A DNA stretch of 63,981 nt, filler included, from Piptocephalis cylindrospora (GCA_003614145.1; 3 parts of 3 records of this genome joined end to end with filler, not necessarily neighbours in it); one strand, 5' to 3'; positions 38,796-51,268 are shown, numbered from the whole stretch's first letter. Notes: generated by a model from the letters alone, not told the origin. Numbers and translations: made by a program.

Positions 38796-38942
38796 CGATT
38801 TTAACGGGGTATAGCGAATGAGCGATGAAGGAGACTATGCGTTTTTTATTTCAAATTGCGATCGATCCCTAATCATCTACATTTAGAGGGAGAAAGCAAG
38901 AGATGGAAGATACGAGAAAGCGATCGAAAAAAAAAGGATGCT

Positions 38943-40766
38943 CTACCAGGAAATGGTGGCATTCCTGGGAAGATAGCTCCACACTCCGGGATCAGCCTTG
39001 GATTCTTCCCGCTCCACCCAAAGAGGAATGTCAATGGCCATGTATTGGGAGGGTTTTGTGCCTTTCTCTGTGGATCGGACCTCCGCATGCCCATTGTCCT
39101 GGCGGATGGAGCCACGGTCGGACTGGACGAGCCGTTGACCCTGGGGAAGATCCAAGTGCACAGACCAATCTGATCCGATGGGCCGGGAGCCGGCGTGAAC
39201 ACGAAGAAGGGTAAAGAGATGAGAGGCATTATGGGTAAGTGGGATGACCTGGATGGTCGGTTCTTCCCCACTGGTCGGCCGTAGGGATGGCACAGGACTC
39301 ATGAGCTTCCGTTCCTCCCCAGGACGACAGGTATCTTTGGGCTTGGTCGAATCCGGAATATCACAGTAGACCGAGGAGGGGTCGGCCATGGAATAGCATA
39401 CGGTACCGGACTGGCATGGACGAAGGATCCAGTGACCAAAGGCACACTGTGCAAAATAGGATCCGGCACACTCATAGGAAGAGGATCCACATGCTCTTCC
39501 TTGTCTTGGACACATACCGGTATCGGGGGCGGACGGGGGATGGGCAGGGGGAGTGGGAGACGGAGATGGAGTGGGTGAGGGAGATGGAGTGGGAGATGGA
39601 GCCGGGGAGGGGGCCGGAGCCGGGGACGGAGCCGGGGCTGGGGAAGGGGATGGAGCCGGGGAAGGGGATGGAGCCGGGGAAGGGGATGGAGCTGGGGAAG
39701 GGGATGGAGCTGGGGGGGGATATGGAGGGACCTCCCCAGTATCACAATTCTTTTTCAAGTAAAGATCATGGACGGCTTGGCCGTACCGATCGTTAGCGTA
39801 AGCTTGACTCGCGTCCCACATCATGACACCAGAGAAAACAGAAGGAGACCGAGATCGAATGTCACTGACGATCTCTCCCACCACATTCGCTTCCACATAG
39901 CCAAAGGAGGCAGCGGTGGGAGAAGCAGGGATGCCCAGATAGAGACGAACCTTGGGATTAACCGAAGACGAGGTGGCCCAGGTGGCCCAGGAATCCCAGT
40001 TAAAGTTTGAGGTGGTGTAGGCATTGACACCGCAGTAATTGTTATAGAACTGAACATAAACATCATCCAAAAAGACCCTCTCCATGATAGAGGACATGTA
40101 GGCATCTGGGATGGGGCACTGGGGCGCAGCGGAGACAGAGTAGTGGGTGAGGGGGTCATTGGCCTTGGCTATGGCTTGAAGGGACTGGATAAAACGAATA
40201 TAACCAGTCTGGGAGCCCCCTTCAATGTCGAGGTTGATGCCGTTGAGACGAGCGTCATCGAAAGGCCTGTACTGGCTCGACCCACCGAGGAAAAGATCCC
40301 AGATGGTATGAGAAAAGGCTTCGCCTTCAGCGTCGGAGCTGAAGCCGTAGCTACCGGCGGCTCCACCCAAACCGAGGACGATGCGAACGCCTTGAGATTG
40401 ACAAAACTTAATATCCTGACCAATTTCTGGGCAGTGGAGGAGAGAAGTGCCATTGAAGGTACTTTGTATATCACAATGATTGGCAAAATTGACGCCAGGA
40501 AGATTGGGGGGGGTACCATGGAATATGTGAAGGAAGGAAAGAACGATGGTACTGGCAACAACGGGTTGAGAGCAGTAGTTTCGGAGTCTGCCCTCGTAAT
40601 TGGCCTGGTCGGCGGGATGACTTGCTCCGTAGGAATTCTGGCCCCAGTACAGGACCAGGTCCTCCCCTCCACCGCCAGGACAAGTGGGAGATGCATCAAT
40701 CAACGACGCAGACCATACTAGGAACATGCATGTCAGGAGACATAGGAGGGTTAGATCATTCTTCAT
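38943..40766 (-). CDS. Secreted GH18 class III (Cts1/hevamine-type) chitinase with a Pro/Ser linker, a CBM19-like Cys domain and a C-terminal extension
   Basis: Signal peptide, YWGQNS, NFANHC, IGQDIKFCQSQG, LGLGGAAG, RPFDDARLNGINLDIEGG, AAPQCP, VQFYNNYC, GVMMWDASQA. Confidence 0.95.
   Translation of the reverse strand: MKNDLTLLCLLTCMFLVWSASLIDASPTCPGGGGEDLVLYWGQNSYGASHPADQANYEGRLRNYCSQPVVASTIVLSFLHIFHGTPPNLPGVNFANHCDIQSTFNGTSLLHCPEIGQDIKFCQSQGVRIVLGLGGAAGSYGFSSDAEGEAFSHTIWDLFLGGSSQYRPFDDARLNGINLDIEGGSQTGYIRFIQSLQAIAKANDPLTHYSVSAAPQCPIPDAYMSSIMERVFLDDVYVQFYNNYCGVNAYTTSNFNWDSWATWATSSSVNPKVRLYLGIPASPTAASFGYVEANVVGEIVSDIRSRSPSVFSGVMMWDASQAYANDRYGQAVHDLYLKKNCDTGEVPPYPPPAPSPSPAPSPSPAPSPSPAPSPSPAPAPSPAPAPSPAPSPTPSPSPTPSPSPTPPAHPPSAPDTGMCPRQGRACGSSSYECAGSYFAQCAFGHWILRPCQSGTVCYSMADPSSVYCDIPDSTKPKDTCRPGEERKLMSPVPSLRPTSGEEPTIQVIPLTHNASHLFTLLRVHAGSRPIGSDWSVHLDLPQGQRLVQSDRGSIRQDNGHAEVRSTEKGTKPSQYMAIDIPLWVEREESKADPGVWSYLPRNATISW
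39545..39717 (-). repeat. 18-bp coding tandem repeat (PAPSPS/PTPSPS linker)
   Basis: Repeated GGGGAAGGGGATGGAGC(C/T) units and variants within the chitinase ORF. Confidence 0.9.
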
Positions 40767-41576
40767 ACTCTTATGAGAATGGGTGATAGCGGGTGTACGG
40801 AGGAGAAAGACAATAAAACAAAGTGGAGAGGACAATCAAGGAGGATGGATGGGATGGAAAGATATGAGATCTGGAGATGGTGCGAGCGTTGATGAGGACT
40901 TGGGTTATATACCCGTTGGGTGAAGAGAGAGAAGGATGAAGCAAGGGGGAACTGGAATGACGTGAACAGTGGGAAGGTGACCCGTGGATATACCTGAGAT
41001 GAGCACGCGTGAATCCCCCTGAAAGGAGTTATACCAGATGGGCAAATATTTTGGGTGGAAGGGGAAGAGATGGATGGGGAGGGGGGGGGGGAGGATTGTG
41101 TAAAGGGGAAGGGACGGGAGTGAGCGATGGGAAAATTCCCCGACCTTAACTCTCGCTTTTTTATAACAAAGCCTCTAGATCCTAGGAGATAGAGATGGAA
41201 AGGGAAGAATTAGATACGCGTAGTGACATGACATGATCAATGTAGCCATAACGCGCCTCCCCATGTGGAGATTACGAGGAAAGTGCACATGTGACTCTCT
41301 CTCTCTCTGTGTGATCCCCAGGGAGAGTGCAGGCCCGCCTTGAGCACGGGGGAAGGGGGGGTATGACACAGGAAGGCATGTGGGTCACATATTTTAGGGC
41401 GGAGAGCGTGTCCAAGGGCTCATAACAGCCAAAACGTCCCCAATTTCTGAGCCCAGGGTTAATTTTGCTCTTCCAGGCTTTCTTCTATCACATATCACAT
41501 GATCCATTCTGAGGGGGTGGCCCATACCCATAAGGGATAGAAGAGGAGGTAAACACAGGAAAAATAGGAAAGGTAT

Positions 41577-43427
41577 CTATTGGGTCGATGACGGAGGTAG
41601 AGAGGATGGTTCGATGGAATCCTTCTCAAACGAAAAATTTCCGGCAGGCTCAGAAGACGATTTCAATGGGTTGCTGGAGGAGGAGGAGGAAGAGGAAGAG
41701 CCATTCTCGAGCGCTTCGACTACTTCATCATCCTTTTGAGCGGGGATACTGGTTTCAGATCCTCGCTCGGTCACCACATCCTCCATGGGCGTGACCCTTG
41801 AGGTGGATAATCGAGAAGGAGAGGAAGGGGGATGGTTTTCTCGGGGGATATCTTCTACGGTGATGTTGCAATAAGAAAGGAAAGATGAGTAAAGATATGC
41901 CATCTTCCGGGGCATGTACTGCTTTAAAGAAAGAAAAAGTACCTTTTACCGCTTGTGTTGATGAAGAGGGAGATTTATCCTCCTCCATAGCCTCATTATG
42001 GTTTAACTTTGCTCTTTTGGCCAATGCCTTGATCAAAAGCAATCAACCGAAAGGACCGAGGGTAAGATTGATCAGCAAGCCCATGCAAAATGAATCCTAT
42101 TCATCCCCCTTACCTGATCATCCTCTTCTACACTCTTGGTTGCTCCCTCGCCCAAACTGGATCCGTCCACCCTGGTCCCAGAGGCAGGGGCATCAACTGG
42201 ATTTAGATTCTTGAGTATCTTTCCCTGTCTCCACTTGACCCCACACGCATTGCACAACGTATCTATGCGGAGGAAGAAGAGTGTTGCGTGGGTTAATAAA
42301 GGAAAGAGCGAAGATCACCCAAACGCTCCAACCAGGACATCCATACCAGCACCATGAGGGCCTTTTCTCCACATTGGAGTCTCTGTCCTCCCGCAGTGTT
42401 CACACTTTTGCCCAGGGATTCCAGCAGAGGGAGGAGCAGGTGATGCACTGGAAAATGTGGGGGTGGGGGTGGGAACCGGAGGTTGTGCGGGGATTGGGGT
42501 TGGGGTTGGGGTATCGGTAGGATGATTGGAGTTTTCGGTCCCCGTTAAAGGACCCGATGACGGAGTGGTTGCCACGGCCAAGGATGAGGTAGCTTCAGCC
42601 TTTGAAGAGCCTAGGTGACCGGATGTAGTCGGGGTAGAAATTTCCGTAGGAGTGGGCTTTTGTCGTTTGACCCCAGCCCGCTTCCTCGGTGCTTTCCTCC
42701 CTGAGTCACCTGACCTCTCCAAAAGGGTGGTCTTGACCTTCCTGGCCAGAATCAAGGACTCTAGAGGGACCGTGGATCCGCAATGCTTCATGGCCCGACA
42801 TATCTGATGGGCAGGAAGTGTGCCGTAAGATTCCAATTTTTCCTTACGTTCTCTCCACTAGACGATGGGGTGAGTGAGATGAGAGAAGAGGATGGGTCAC
42901 GACCTGTGTCAAGGATAAGGGGAAAAGCTTACAATATGATCCAGTTGATCATAGCCCTCAAGACCGCTCCGCGTACACCGCTGAATGGCACGCCATAACG
43001 GATCCTGGACATTGAGGATGTGAACCTGGGTAGGCTGGATTCGCCAGGTCATGCGGGCAAGGTAAGCGTGTGAAGCCTTGACCGTGGGCAGGATGGAGAG
43101 AACCACCTCATCCCCAAACCCCTGAACGCGTCCGGCGACTCGGCTAGCCACGGTGGTCTCGGGACAGAGGAGAGGCTTGCCGGGCCTCTCCACAAATTCA
43201 ATACATATCCCGGATCCCGGGGTAGAGTCATCCATGGCTGCTGAGGCCTGATAAAGGGAAATTTTGGTTTGGGGATATGCACTTGGCCCGATCACGACTG
43301 TGGCTACCTGAAGTGCCTCAGGCTGTATTTGGGCCCCCTCGGGCAAGGGGAGGAAGAGGTCATCCAGTTGACTATTCCTACTTGAACGCAGTGCTTCCAA
43401 GAGCTGTGAAGCCGAATGAAGGGACAT
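41577..43427 (-). CDS. GATA zinc-finger protein with a Swc3-like N-terminal domain (5 exons)
   Basis: Spliced finger CEHC-GRTETPMWRKGPHGADTL-CNACGVKWR is C-x2-C-x18-C-x2-C. All junctions are phase-consistent. The Swc3 likeness is motif recall only. Confidence 0.8.
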
Positions 43428-44374
43428 GAGGGGAGCGGAGGAGCTGAAAGAGTAGGGGGGATAGACGAGCAATTAAGGAGGCAGACTGAATGCTGTTTAA
43501 GAAAGAAAAGAAGACAGTGAGGAGGGAGGGGAAGAGGAGTGGGGAGTCTCACTAGGGACTGGAGGATGTGTAGTGGATAATCTCTAGGTTAGAGTTCAGG
43601 CGTTGCCCAGCACCCCCCTCCTCTCCTCCCCCATACCTTTTTCTCCTCTACTATGGCCTTGTTGACATTTCCGTGGGGAGAGGGTGCGGCAGGAGATGAC
43701 CCAGTCAGAGGGCGTCTCCGGGCCTCCCCACTTGACCTCTACTATCGGTCCGGGAGAGAGAGGGAAAGCGTGATGTATCGGCCCGAGATGAACAGAGAAA
43801 AAGGGCTGTTGAAATTGAAATTTCCATTCCAGATTTGTATTTTTAACAACATAGACTTTGGCTAGCACTCTTCAAGCGGAAGCGGCCTCGACCTCCTTGC
43901 CATCAAAAGGATTCTGGTAGACACACACACTCAAGTAAGGCTCATAGGTCCACGAGCTCAGCCTAGCTAGACCCACAAGCACGCGAACGCTTGGAATAGC
44001 ACTTCTCCGCCCAGGCTAGATCAGCCTCCCCAATCTCCACGATCTTCCCAAAGCACCCTTCCACCTCATCTCAATCCTGTCCATTCAGGCCTATCGTCTA
44101 CCTTCACCTTTTCCACATCAGCCCCGTACACCATCAGACTGTCTTGACGTAGGTTATTCTCGATGGAGGGGCGGCCTTTGTTGTTATTATGCTGGGAGGC
44201 TCGACCCGATGCTTGACAGTTAAGATGCCAAGATTGGTCTAGCTCCTGGCAACTAGAAGGGCGAGGCCCCGCCTGAACCGTGCCTGGAGAGCTTCTCCCC
44301 CCCCTCCCCCCTCCCCCCCATTCTCTATTCACACGGTCTTCTCACTTCTTCCTCCTCTTCCTCTTCAGATCGCC

Positions 44375-44817
44375 ATGTTTGGATTCGGATTTGGCCAGAT
44401 ATTCTACATTCTCCTCCTGTTAATCAACTCTCTGGCCATCCTCAGCGAGGATCGATTTCTAGCACCCAGTATGTGATAGACAGTGTGAGAAAGGCTCTTC
44501 TTCTTCCCTACTGATCCATCCCCTCCTTTTCTCATAGTTGGCTGGGCCGCACATCATGAACCAACGGGCTACGGGGATCAAGGTGGAGTTTCGGTCAAAG
44601 GAAAATTGATCAATCTGATTTCGGCTGTGAGGACACTTCTTAGGAGTAAGATCTTTTTGCATACCCAGGGAGTTGGTCGAAAGCGGGGATGGTGGTGGAT
44701 GGAGGTCCGACATGATGTATCAATCACCATCTCATCCTTTACCTCTTGTGATCCCTGATAGTTCCCTTGATTGGTGTGAATGTTTTGGTGATCTTTTACG
44801 AGCTATTGCTTGGATAG
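44375..44817 (+). CDS. YOS1: Yos1/IER3IP1 ER-Golgi transport protein (3 exons, not in the ORF track)
   Basis: Spliced translation MFGFGFGQIFYILLLLINSLAILSEDRFLAP/IGW...SVKGKLINLISAVRTLLR/IPLIGVNVLVIFYELLLG*. Introns GTATGT..TAG and GTAAGA..TAG. Confidence 0.95.
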
Positions 44818-46176
44818 GGCGCACGGATGGATAAACCGAAGGGGATGGGGGAAAAGGTGATCGTGGCACCATGGTGGAGCAGAAAGGAGAAATATACCAT
44901 GTCTAGGTTATTGTTAGTCTTACTTTTGATCTCTTCATGACCCCGCATTCCCAGCCGCCTCGGTATACCTCGCGGTTAAAAAATAGCTTAACCCCTCCCC
45001 CCTCCTTTTCTTCCTTCACGAGAATCATCTGCTTGACTTTGAAATGTGCATCACAGCTTTAGGGGTACTTTTCCGACCAAGGTAGAAGGATGAGCATCCT
45101 CCTTACCTACCTGTCAAGTCGATCACCTTTTCGATATGCTCTCTTCCTCCTCAGACCCACCCATGTCATTTTCCGGACCTCCTCTCGTTATTGACTCGCC
45201 ATCACTTGTTTCGCCTTGCGATGCTTTATCCATGTAATTTCCCTTCAGCTATTCCCGCTCTTCTCCTTAAGCGGCATGCACCATCGTGTTGTTTGCTGGT
45301 TTTAGGCCTTGGAGCACCTCGCGCTTGAACCAACAGGCCTTTTTCATTCTCTGAAACCTATGCCCCTCCAATCCTTCCCAACGACAGGACCTCTCATTCC
45401 CTCACACATACAGAGAGAGAGAGAGAGAGACATATACTCATATAAAAATAGCTTGGCTGCCTCATTGGCCCTGCCCCCCCGAAATATCAGAGGCTCGGCC
45501 CAATTCCCTTGCTCTCTGTTCCTGTGGCTCCCAGCTAATGGGGGGCGGAGTAGGAATTCAGGCTCAAATTTACCCACCCATGAAATCCCTTTGAAGCTCC
45601 TACTCTTTTTTACATATTTTTCGCCCATGACAGAGAAAACATCTATTCCCTAGACCGCGGGTCAGGGACCTGGACATCCACCTGTCTTTCCTGCCCTTCT
45701 GACCCTTCCTCTCTCATAAACGGGAGACTGCAATGTGCCCGCCTCTGTCGCCCAGCCGATCCCACGAGCGAGCTGCCACGGCGTGTGGCCATGCCTCTCT
45801 ACCCTTTACGCGCCTAGACCTTCCCCTCCCAAAGGCTCCTGTGAGCCAAAGGCCCGGAAGAGCGGAGTCTTTCCCCCATCTACTCCCATTGGGGAGAAGG
45901 AGAAGAGGGGCTTTGGCCCTTGAATCAGCCAAGCAAGGCGGATCAATGATGAGTGAGAATTTCCAACTTAAAACTCTATCCGAATGGGGCGAATTAATGT
46001 ATAGACCCCTCCTCACTTGCTTTTCCCTTTCTTCTTCCTCCCTCCTCTACTACTACTACTACTACCTCCTAGCGCTTTCTCTTACCCATTACCTATTATT
46101 TGCATATCCCCCTCCTCCTCCCTCTTCTCCCTCTTCCCCCCCCCCCCTTTCTTCTTTTTTTTTTTTTTTTACCAGC

Positions 46177-46626
46177 ATGGCCGACGTGGGTAATCCCGAT
46201 GGCTCCACCAACTGGACCCCCACCCCCACGAACGGGGCGCCGGCTCCCACCTTAGCCCCCCAGGTCCCGGCTAACCCTGAAGCTCCCATCACAGTCGTAG
46301 TCCCAACTACCGTGGCCACTGTGAATCCCACCGTGGTTGTCACGGTCAGTGGCGAGCCCGAGACCATTATTCAGACCGACGGCCCAGGCACTAGTGCGGC
46401 CACAGCCGACCCTACGGCCTCTCCCGGCTCCAAGGATGCCTCGTCAGATGATGGGGGCTCCACGAGCAACAAAACCATCATCATTGCCACAGTCGTGCCT
46501 ATTGTCTCGGTCATCCTTATCGCCGCCGTCGTAGCCTTTTTCTTCATCCGTCGACGGAGGGCGGCTGCTCAGCGTCGTCACACTTCGGACTATCACATGC
46601 AGGTGAGCCAGTTGAACCGGTGGTAA
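46177..46626 (+). CDS. Small single-pass membrane protein (Ser/Thr/Pro-rich ectodomain, Mid2/SKG6-like TM, short basic tail)
   Basis: 149 aa. TIIIATVVPIVSVILIAAVVAFFFI is followed by an RRRR stop-transfer signal. Confidence 0.7.
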   Translation: MADVGNPDGSTNWTPTPTNGAPAPTLAPQVPANPEAPITVVVPTTVATVNPTVVVTVSGEPETIIQTDGPGTSAATADPTASPGSKDASSDDGGSTSNKTIIIATVVPIVSVILIAAVVAFFFIRRRRAAAQRRHTSDYHMQVSQLNRW

Positions 46627-48130
46627 AAATAACCTTACGCTCCAGGCGCATAGACTTGATATACTTTTCCTTTTTTTTATACATCGTGATCATGGCTGTG
46701 CCATACCTTGATGCTTTTCCATGTCTCGGTGTGAGAGGGAGGAATATGTGGGGCACATCTGTGTGCGACAACATACCCGTTGGACCATGCTCTGTCTCGA
46801 TGTGTACGCGACAAAACGTGTCTATCTCGCACTATTGCTGCACATAAGACCAAACAGCACTGTGAATGCATACATGGGTGGGGGGGGGGGGGGGGGGGGG
46901 GCTTTTGAGGCCGCCCCCTCCTCTCTCATCAAAAACAGTTCTACTGGCTCTATGCAGAACTCTACCAAATAGATAAAAAGAANNNNNNNNNNGAAGCAGA
47001 CCACGACGACTGCGACCGAGGTGTGAATAGTGTGAGTGACGAGATGCGCGGCATGAGACAGGTGGGAGGGGTTGTGCCCTTGAGTCCCTCGCCACTGCTT
47101 GTACTCACCAAGCTGCCATGTCGCTTCTAGCAACATCTTACAGATTTAAAAAATAGGGATACAGAGAGGGTATAGATAAAGCCAGAATAGAAACAAACAA
47201 ATGCTATGGCTATCCAAGGACTGTCCTTGATTACAATCCCCAAGCATGGCCACCTGATGCTTCACCAATACATACATGGTCTCTAGTTCAGGTGACTAGG
47301 AAGCATATTTTTGCTCGTCCCATCCTGCCCCATCCCCTGCCCTTGTGGTGGGGCATTAGAAGCTCATATCCCATTTCGTCCATAGCGGTTGATCCGTCAT
47401 GCACACTCGTCCTATTCACCCAAGGTACAAACGAGCGGTAAATCATGGTGATATCCACCACAGTCAGCCCAGGACAGCATAGTATGTGTGGCATTGAGCA
47501 TGCAGATGAGGGGCAGCCCTCCTCCCGGGGTCATTCCTCTATCTTGTGCATCATCCCTCCCAACTACATCTCCTTGGAAGCCTGACAGCTAGATGGTATT
47601 CCAGGGCGGGAGCTAGGGGATCGGGCTAATGCATGGCCATCCCACAAACTCTCCCTATGTTCCTTTAGTGCATAAGCACAAAGGAAGGGCAGAGTACCCT
47701 GTCCTAGGCGATGTAGGTAGAGAGAACTGATAGGGATTAGATCTTGGCAGCATGGGACATGATCATCGTGAACCACCCTGATAGCCCAAGACCCCAAAGA
47801 GTATAAATCTGGTCGATGAAGCGTCTTTCGCTCGACCACCCGCCCCTTTCCCCTTTTTCGACTCCTGTTCCCCCCCCCCCCCCCCCCCCCCCCTCTCCTC
47901 CCCCCCCCCTTGTATCACCCTCCCTCCTCCCCCTCTCCCCTCCCACCCTGCTCTCCCCTTGCACCATTCAATCCCCCCTCAACCTCGCGATCGACCTCAT
48001 CTCTTTATCCTCTTTCGACAAACGAATACCACTTTGACTCAGCATAAATACTAAATCAATCCCCCGATTTATCCCTCCGCATTCATCGTGTCATCCCACT
48101 TCATCCCTTCTCTCTCTCCTCCTTTTCCGA

Positions 48131-50084
48131 ATGATCCGTGACAATGGTCTTTACCGCCGGCTTCTCCTGACTCATGGCCTTTCAATTCTGCTTCTCGCCA
48201 TCGCATGCCCAATCTCCTCGCTCCCTGCTCCTTCGCCGTACCCTCAGACTCCCGCCCTTTCCTTTTCCACGCAGGGAGAGGAGGAGAAGGTCGCTCCGGA
48301 AAGTCCGCAATTTTGGCTAAGACTTGCTCTGGTCATCCTCCTCGTCCTGGTTGGGGGTCTATTGGCTGGTCTGACCCTGGGGCTCATGTCTCTGAATCAG
48401 ATGGACCTCCTGATCATGGAGAAATCCGGCACGCCAAGGGAGCAGGCATGGGCCAAGCACATCCGCCCCATCCGCGCCAATGGTCATCTCCTTCTCGTCA
48501 CCCTCCTCCTGGCCAACACCTTGGTCAATGAGACCCTTCCCATTATCATGGACAGTATCTTTGGTGGAGGCATCACCGCTATCCTCGGCTCCACCGCTCT
48601 CATCTTCATCTTTGGAGAGATCATTCCTCAGAGCATTTGTTCCAAGCATGGCCTGAGGATCGGGGCCTTCTTTGCCTGGTAAGTGGTGTGATACGTGTGT
48701 GTCTAGGCCAAGCGGTCAGTCTGATCCTATCCTTGTAGGCCAGTTCGCATCCTCACCTGGCTCTTGTGGGTTGTGGCTTACCCCATTGCTCGATTACTCG
48801 ATTGGATCCTTGGAAGGCACGATGGGGCCCTCTATCGTAGAGCAGGTAAGTGAGACGCTTCCCTCGCCTCATCGCCCCTCTCTCTCATCCACCCTGGCCC
48901 CCCAATAGAGCTATCGGAACTAGTCAATCTCCATGCCGAGTCTGCCAAAGGCCCTCTGAATCCAGATGAGGTGATGATCATCCGGGGAGCCTTGAATCTG
49001 CATGAAAAGAGGGCCGTGGATGTCATGACGCGTATGCAGTACGTTTTTTCCATTGACAGGTCCTCCAGGCTCGATCGGTCTTTGGTGACACGGATTGTTC
49101 GGGCTGGACACAGTCGCATTCCTGTACATGAAGGAGGGGAAAAGGAGAGGATCATTGGGGTCATGCTTGTCAAGGTACGTTCTACATCCCATCTCCCTCT
49201 CAGTGCCGTATTCATCGTCCTCTCTCTCTCTCTCTTCTCTAGTCTCTTATCCTACTGGATCCAGATGATGGAGTCCCGGTGGATGAAGTAAAGATCAACT
49301 CCATCCCTCGTGTCTCGTCCAGCGCTCCGTTGCTGGATCTACTAAATAGGTTCCAGGAAGGAAACAGTGAGTTTACCCTACTCTCTCCCCTTGAAGCACG
49401 ACACCTCTCCCTTCTCCTCCTCTTCCTCCTCCATCGCTAACCATCACACACCCCATCTCCCGCTCTCTAGGTCACATGGCCATTGTGGTGGACGAAGAAG
49501 AGGGAGAAAAGGGAAAACCCTTGGGAATCATTACTCTGGAGGATGTGATTGAGGAGCTGATCCAGGAAGAGATTGTCGATGAGACTGACGTCTATGTAGA
49601 TGTCTCTCAGAGACTCAAGGTGGTTCGCGCCCTCAAGGAAGCGGATATCTCCACCTCTGGGGCCAAGGTCATAGCTGTTGACCTTAATAATACCAGGGGG
49701 AGAAGGGCCTTGACCCCATCCCTCCTCCCTCCTCCCAGCCTTCTCCATAGCATCTCCGTACCCTCCTTCCATACGGGCAAGGAGCACGGTGGAGAGGGTT
49801 GGTCCCTGGGTACTGCTCAGGAGGATTTATCCGACGATCACTCCTCTCTCACCCCCCATTACCATTCTACCCCAGCCGTTCTGCCCCATTATCTGGATGA
49901 TTACCAGCATGATACTCCCTCGATCCAGGCAGCCCCTATTCGTGCGAGGCCTGGAAATAGGGATAGTGTATTGCCGGGTCGGTTGATTCCAGAAAGACCC
50001 GGATCCTATCGATCCCGCCCCCCCTCCACGACATCTACCCTCTCTCCCTCACGCCCAAAAAGCATGGGGAGATCAAGTAGATAA
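48131..50084 (+). CDS. MAM3: CNNM/Mam3 family metal transporter (DUF21 plus CBS pair)
   Basis: LVGGLLAGLTLGLMSL, HLLLVTLLLANTLVNETLPI, FGEIIPQSICSKHGL, GHSRIPV, HMAIVV, GIITLEDVIEELIQEEIVDETD. Confidence 0.93.
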
Positions 50085-51268
50085 GGCGCGTACAATGTAG
50101 CTCGCAAGCACCATGATAAAAGATTGGAATGGACGGGTTTAGGACTGTAGATCGATGATCACCAAATAGCATTACTTTTTCCTCTCTAGTATGATGAATG
50201 AATTATTATTTCTCGAGAACTAGACTAACAAGTAGATACTCGTAACAACGTGTTCAGCACCCTTACATAAAATACAACATTATGTCTTATTCCATGTCCT
50301 CACGTCGAATCTGGGATTCTTCTTGTTGACGAATGTAACGTACGAGCAAGGGAGTGGGGTCCGTGGTCAGGACTGCAGTAGGGTATTGGGGTAGAGGGGT
50401 AGGTTAGTGATTGGGTCAAGAGGAGTAGGATGACTCGTTGAGTCAAGAAGACTATGATGAGTCGTTGGGCCAAGACGACGCTAGCTCGTGGGCAAAGAAG
50501 CTGTCATTGACAGAGACAAGAACCCACCTTTGGGTGGAGGTCTCTTTTCTGCCTTGACCGTTTCCGCGTTAACGGACGCATCCAGAGTTCTTTTCTTCCC
50601 CTTGTCCCCTTCACTAGAGGAGGTTAGGGGCTCATGTGGACCTGAGGAAGAGCTGGAAGTACGACGAGTCGGCAAGGGCATGGGTGGTTAAGGATTGGGG
50701 GTGGGAAAGGATGAATGAAGCGAGGATCCATCTTACCTTATCCAGTCTTTGTGTTGACCAGTTATGATCAATGTGGAGATCAAAGGAAGGATGCATTCTT
50801 TGTTCCCTTCACACTAGGTCCTTCATGATGATCTCGGCACATCGCAATAATAATATAGGATGATCTGTGCCCAAGTTACTGTAAGAAAAAAAGAAGGGGG
50901 GAATTGTACAGTAATAATAGAAACCATATCTCCGGATTCGATAAAGCCATATGAAATGGAGTCATTTAGTGTTGACATTGGGCTGCTTTGGAGCCCGGTG
51001 GTAGTAAACAGCGAAATGTATTGGGAAATTGGAGCCCGGTAGGGAAGGTACGATCAACTTTTACCCACGTTAAATGCATGGTAAAAGATATAATATTGTG
51101 AGCCTCCCACTACGACTCGGAATCTGGATGAACTGTCATGGAGCATTCTCCGTCGTGTCATCCACGGCTGATAACGTTACGCCCTCTGAAAAGGTCCATG
51201 AAGAGTTCCCTGCACCTTCTCCTTTTTTTCTCGAAAGACATGGCGCATCTCACGCAAGTATGCTCCAT

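Noticed and set aside
26811..40766. PPTase, GNAT and O-methyltransferase as a secondary-metabolite cluster
   Set aside because: There is no NRPS/PKS core, and the genes are interspersed with housekeeping genes (DPH1, MAK11).
50481..50681. 66-aa minus-strand ORF near the scaffold end
   Set aside because: No domain and no consistent splice model; it cannot be supported.
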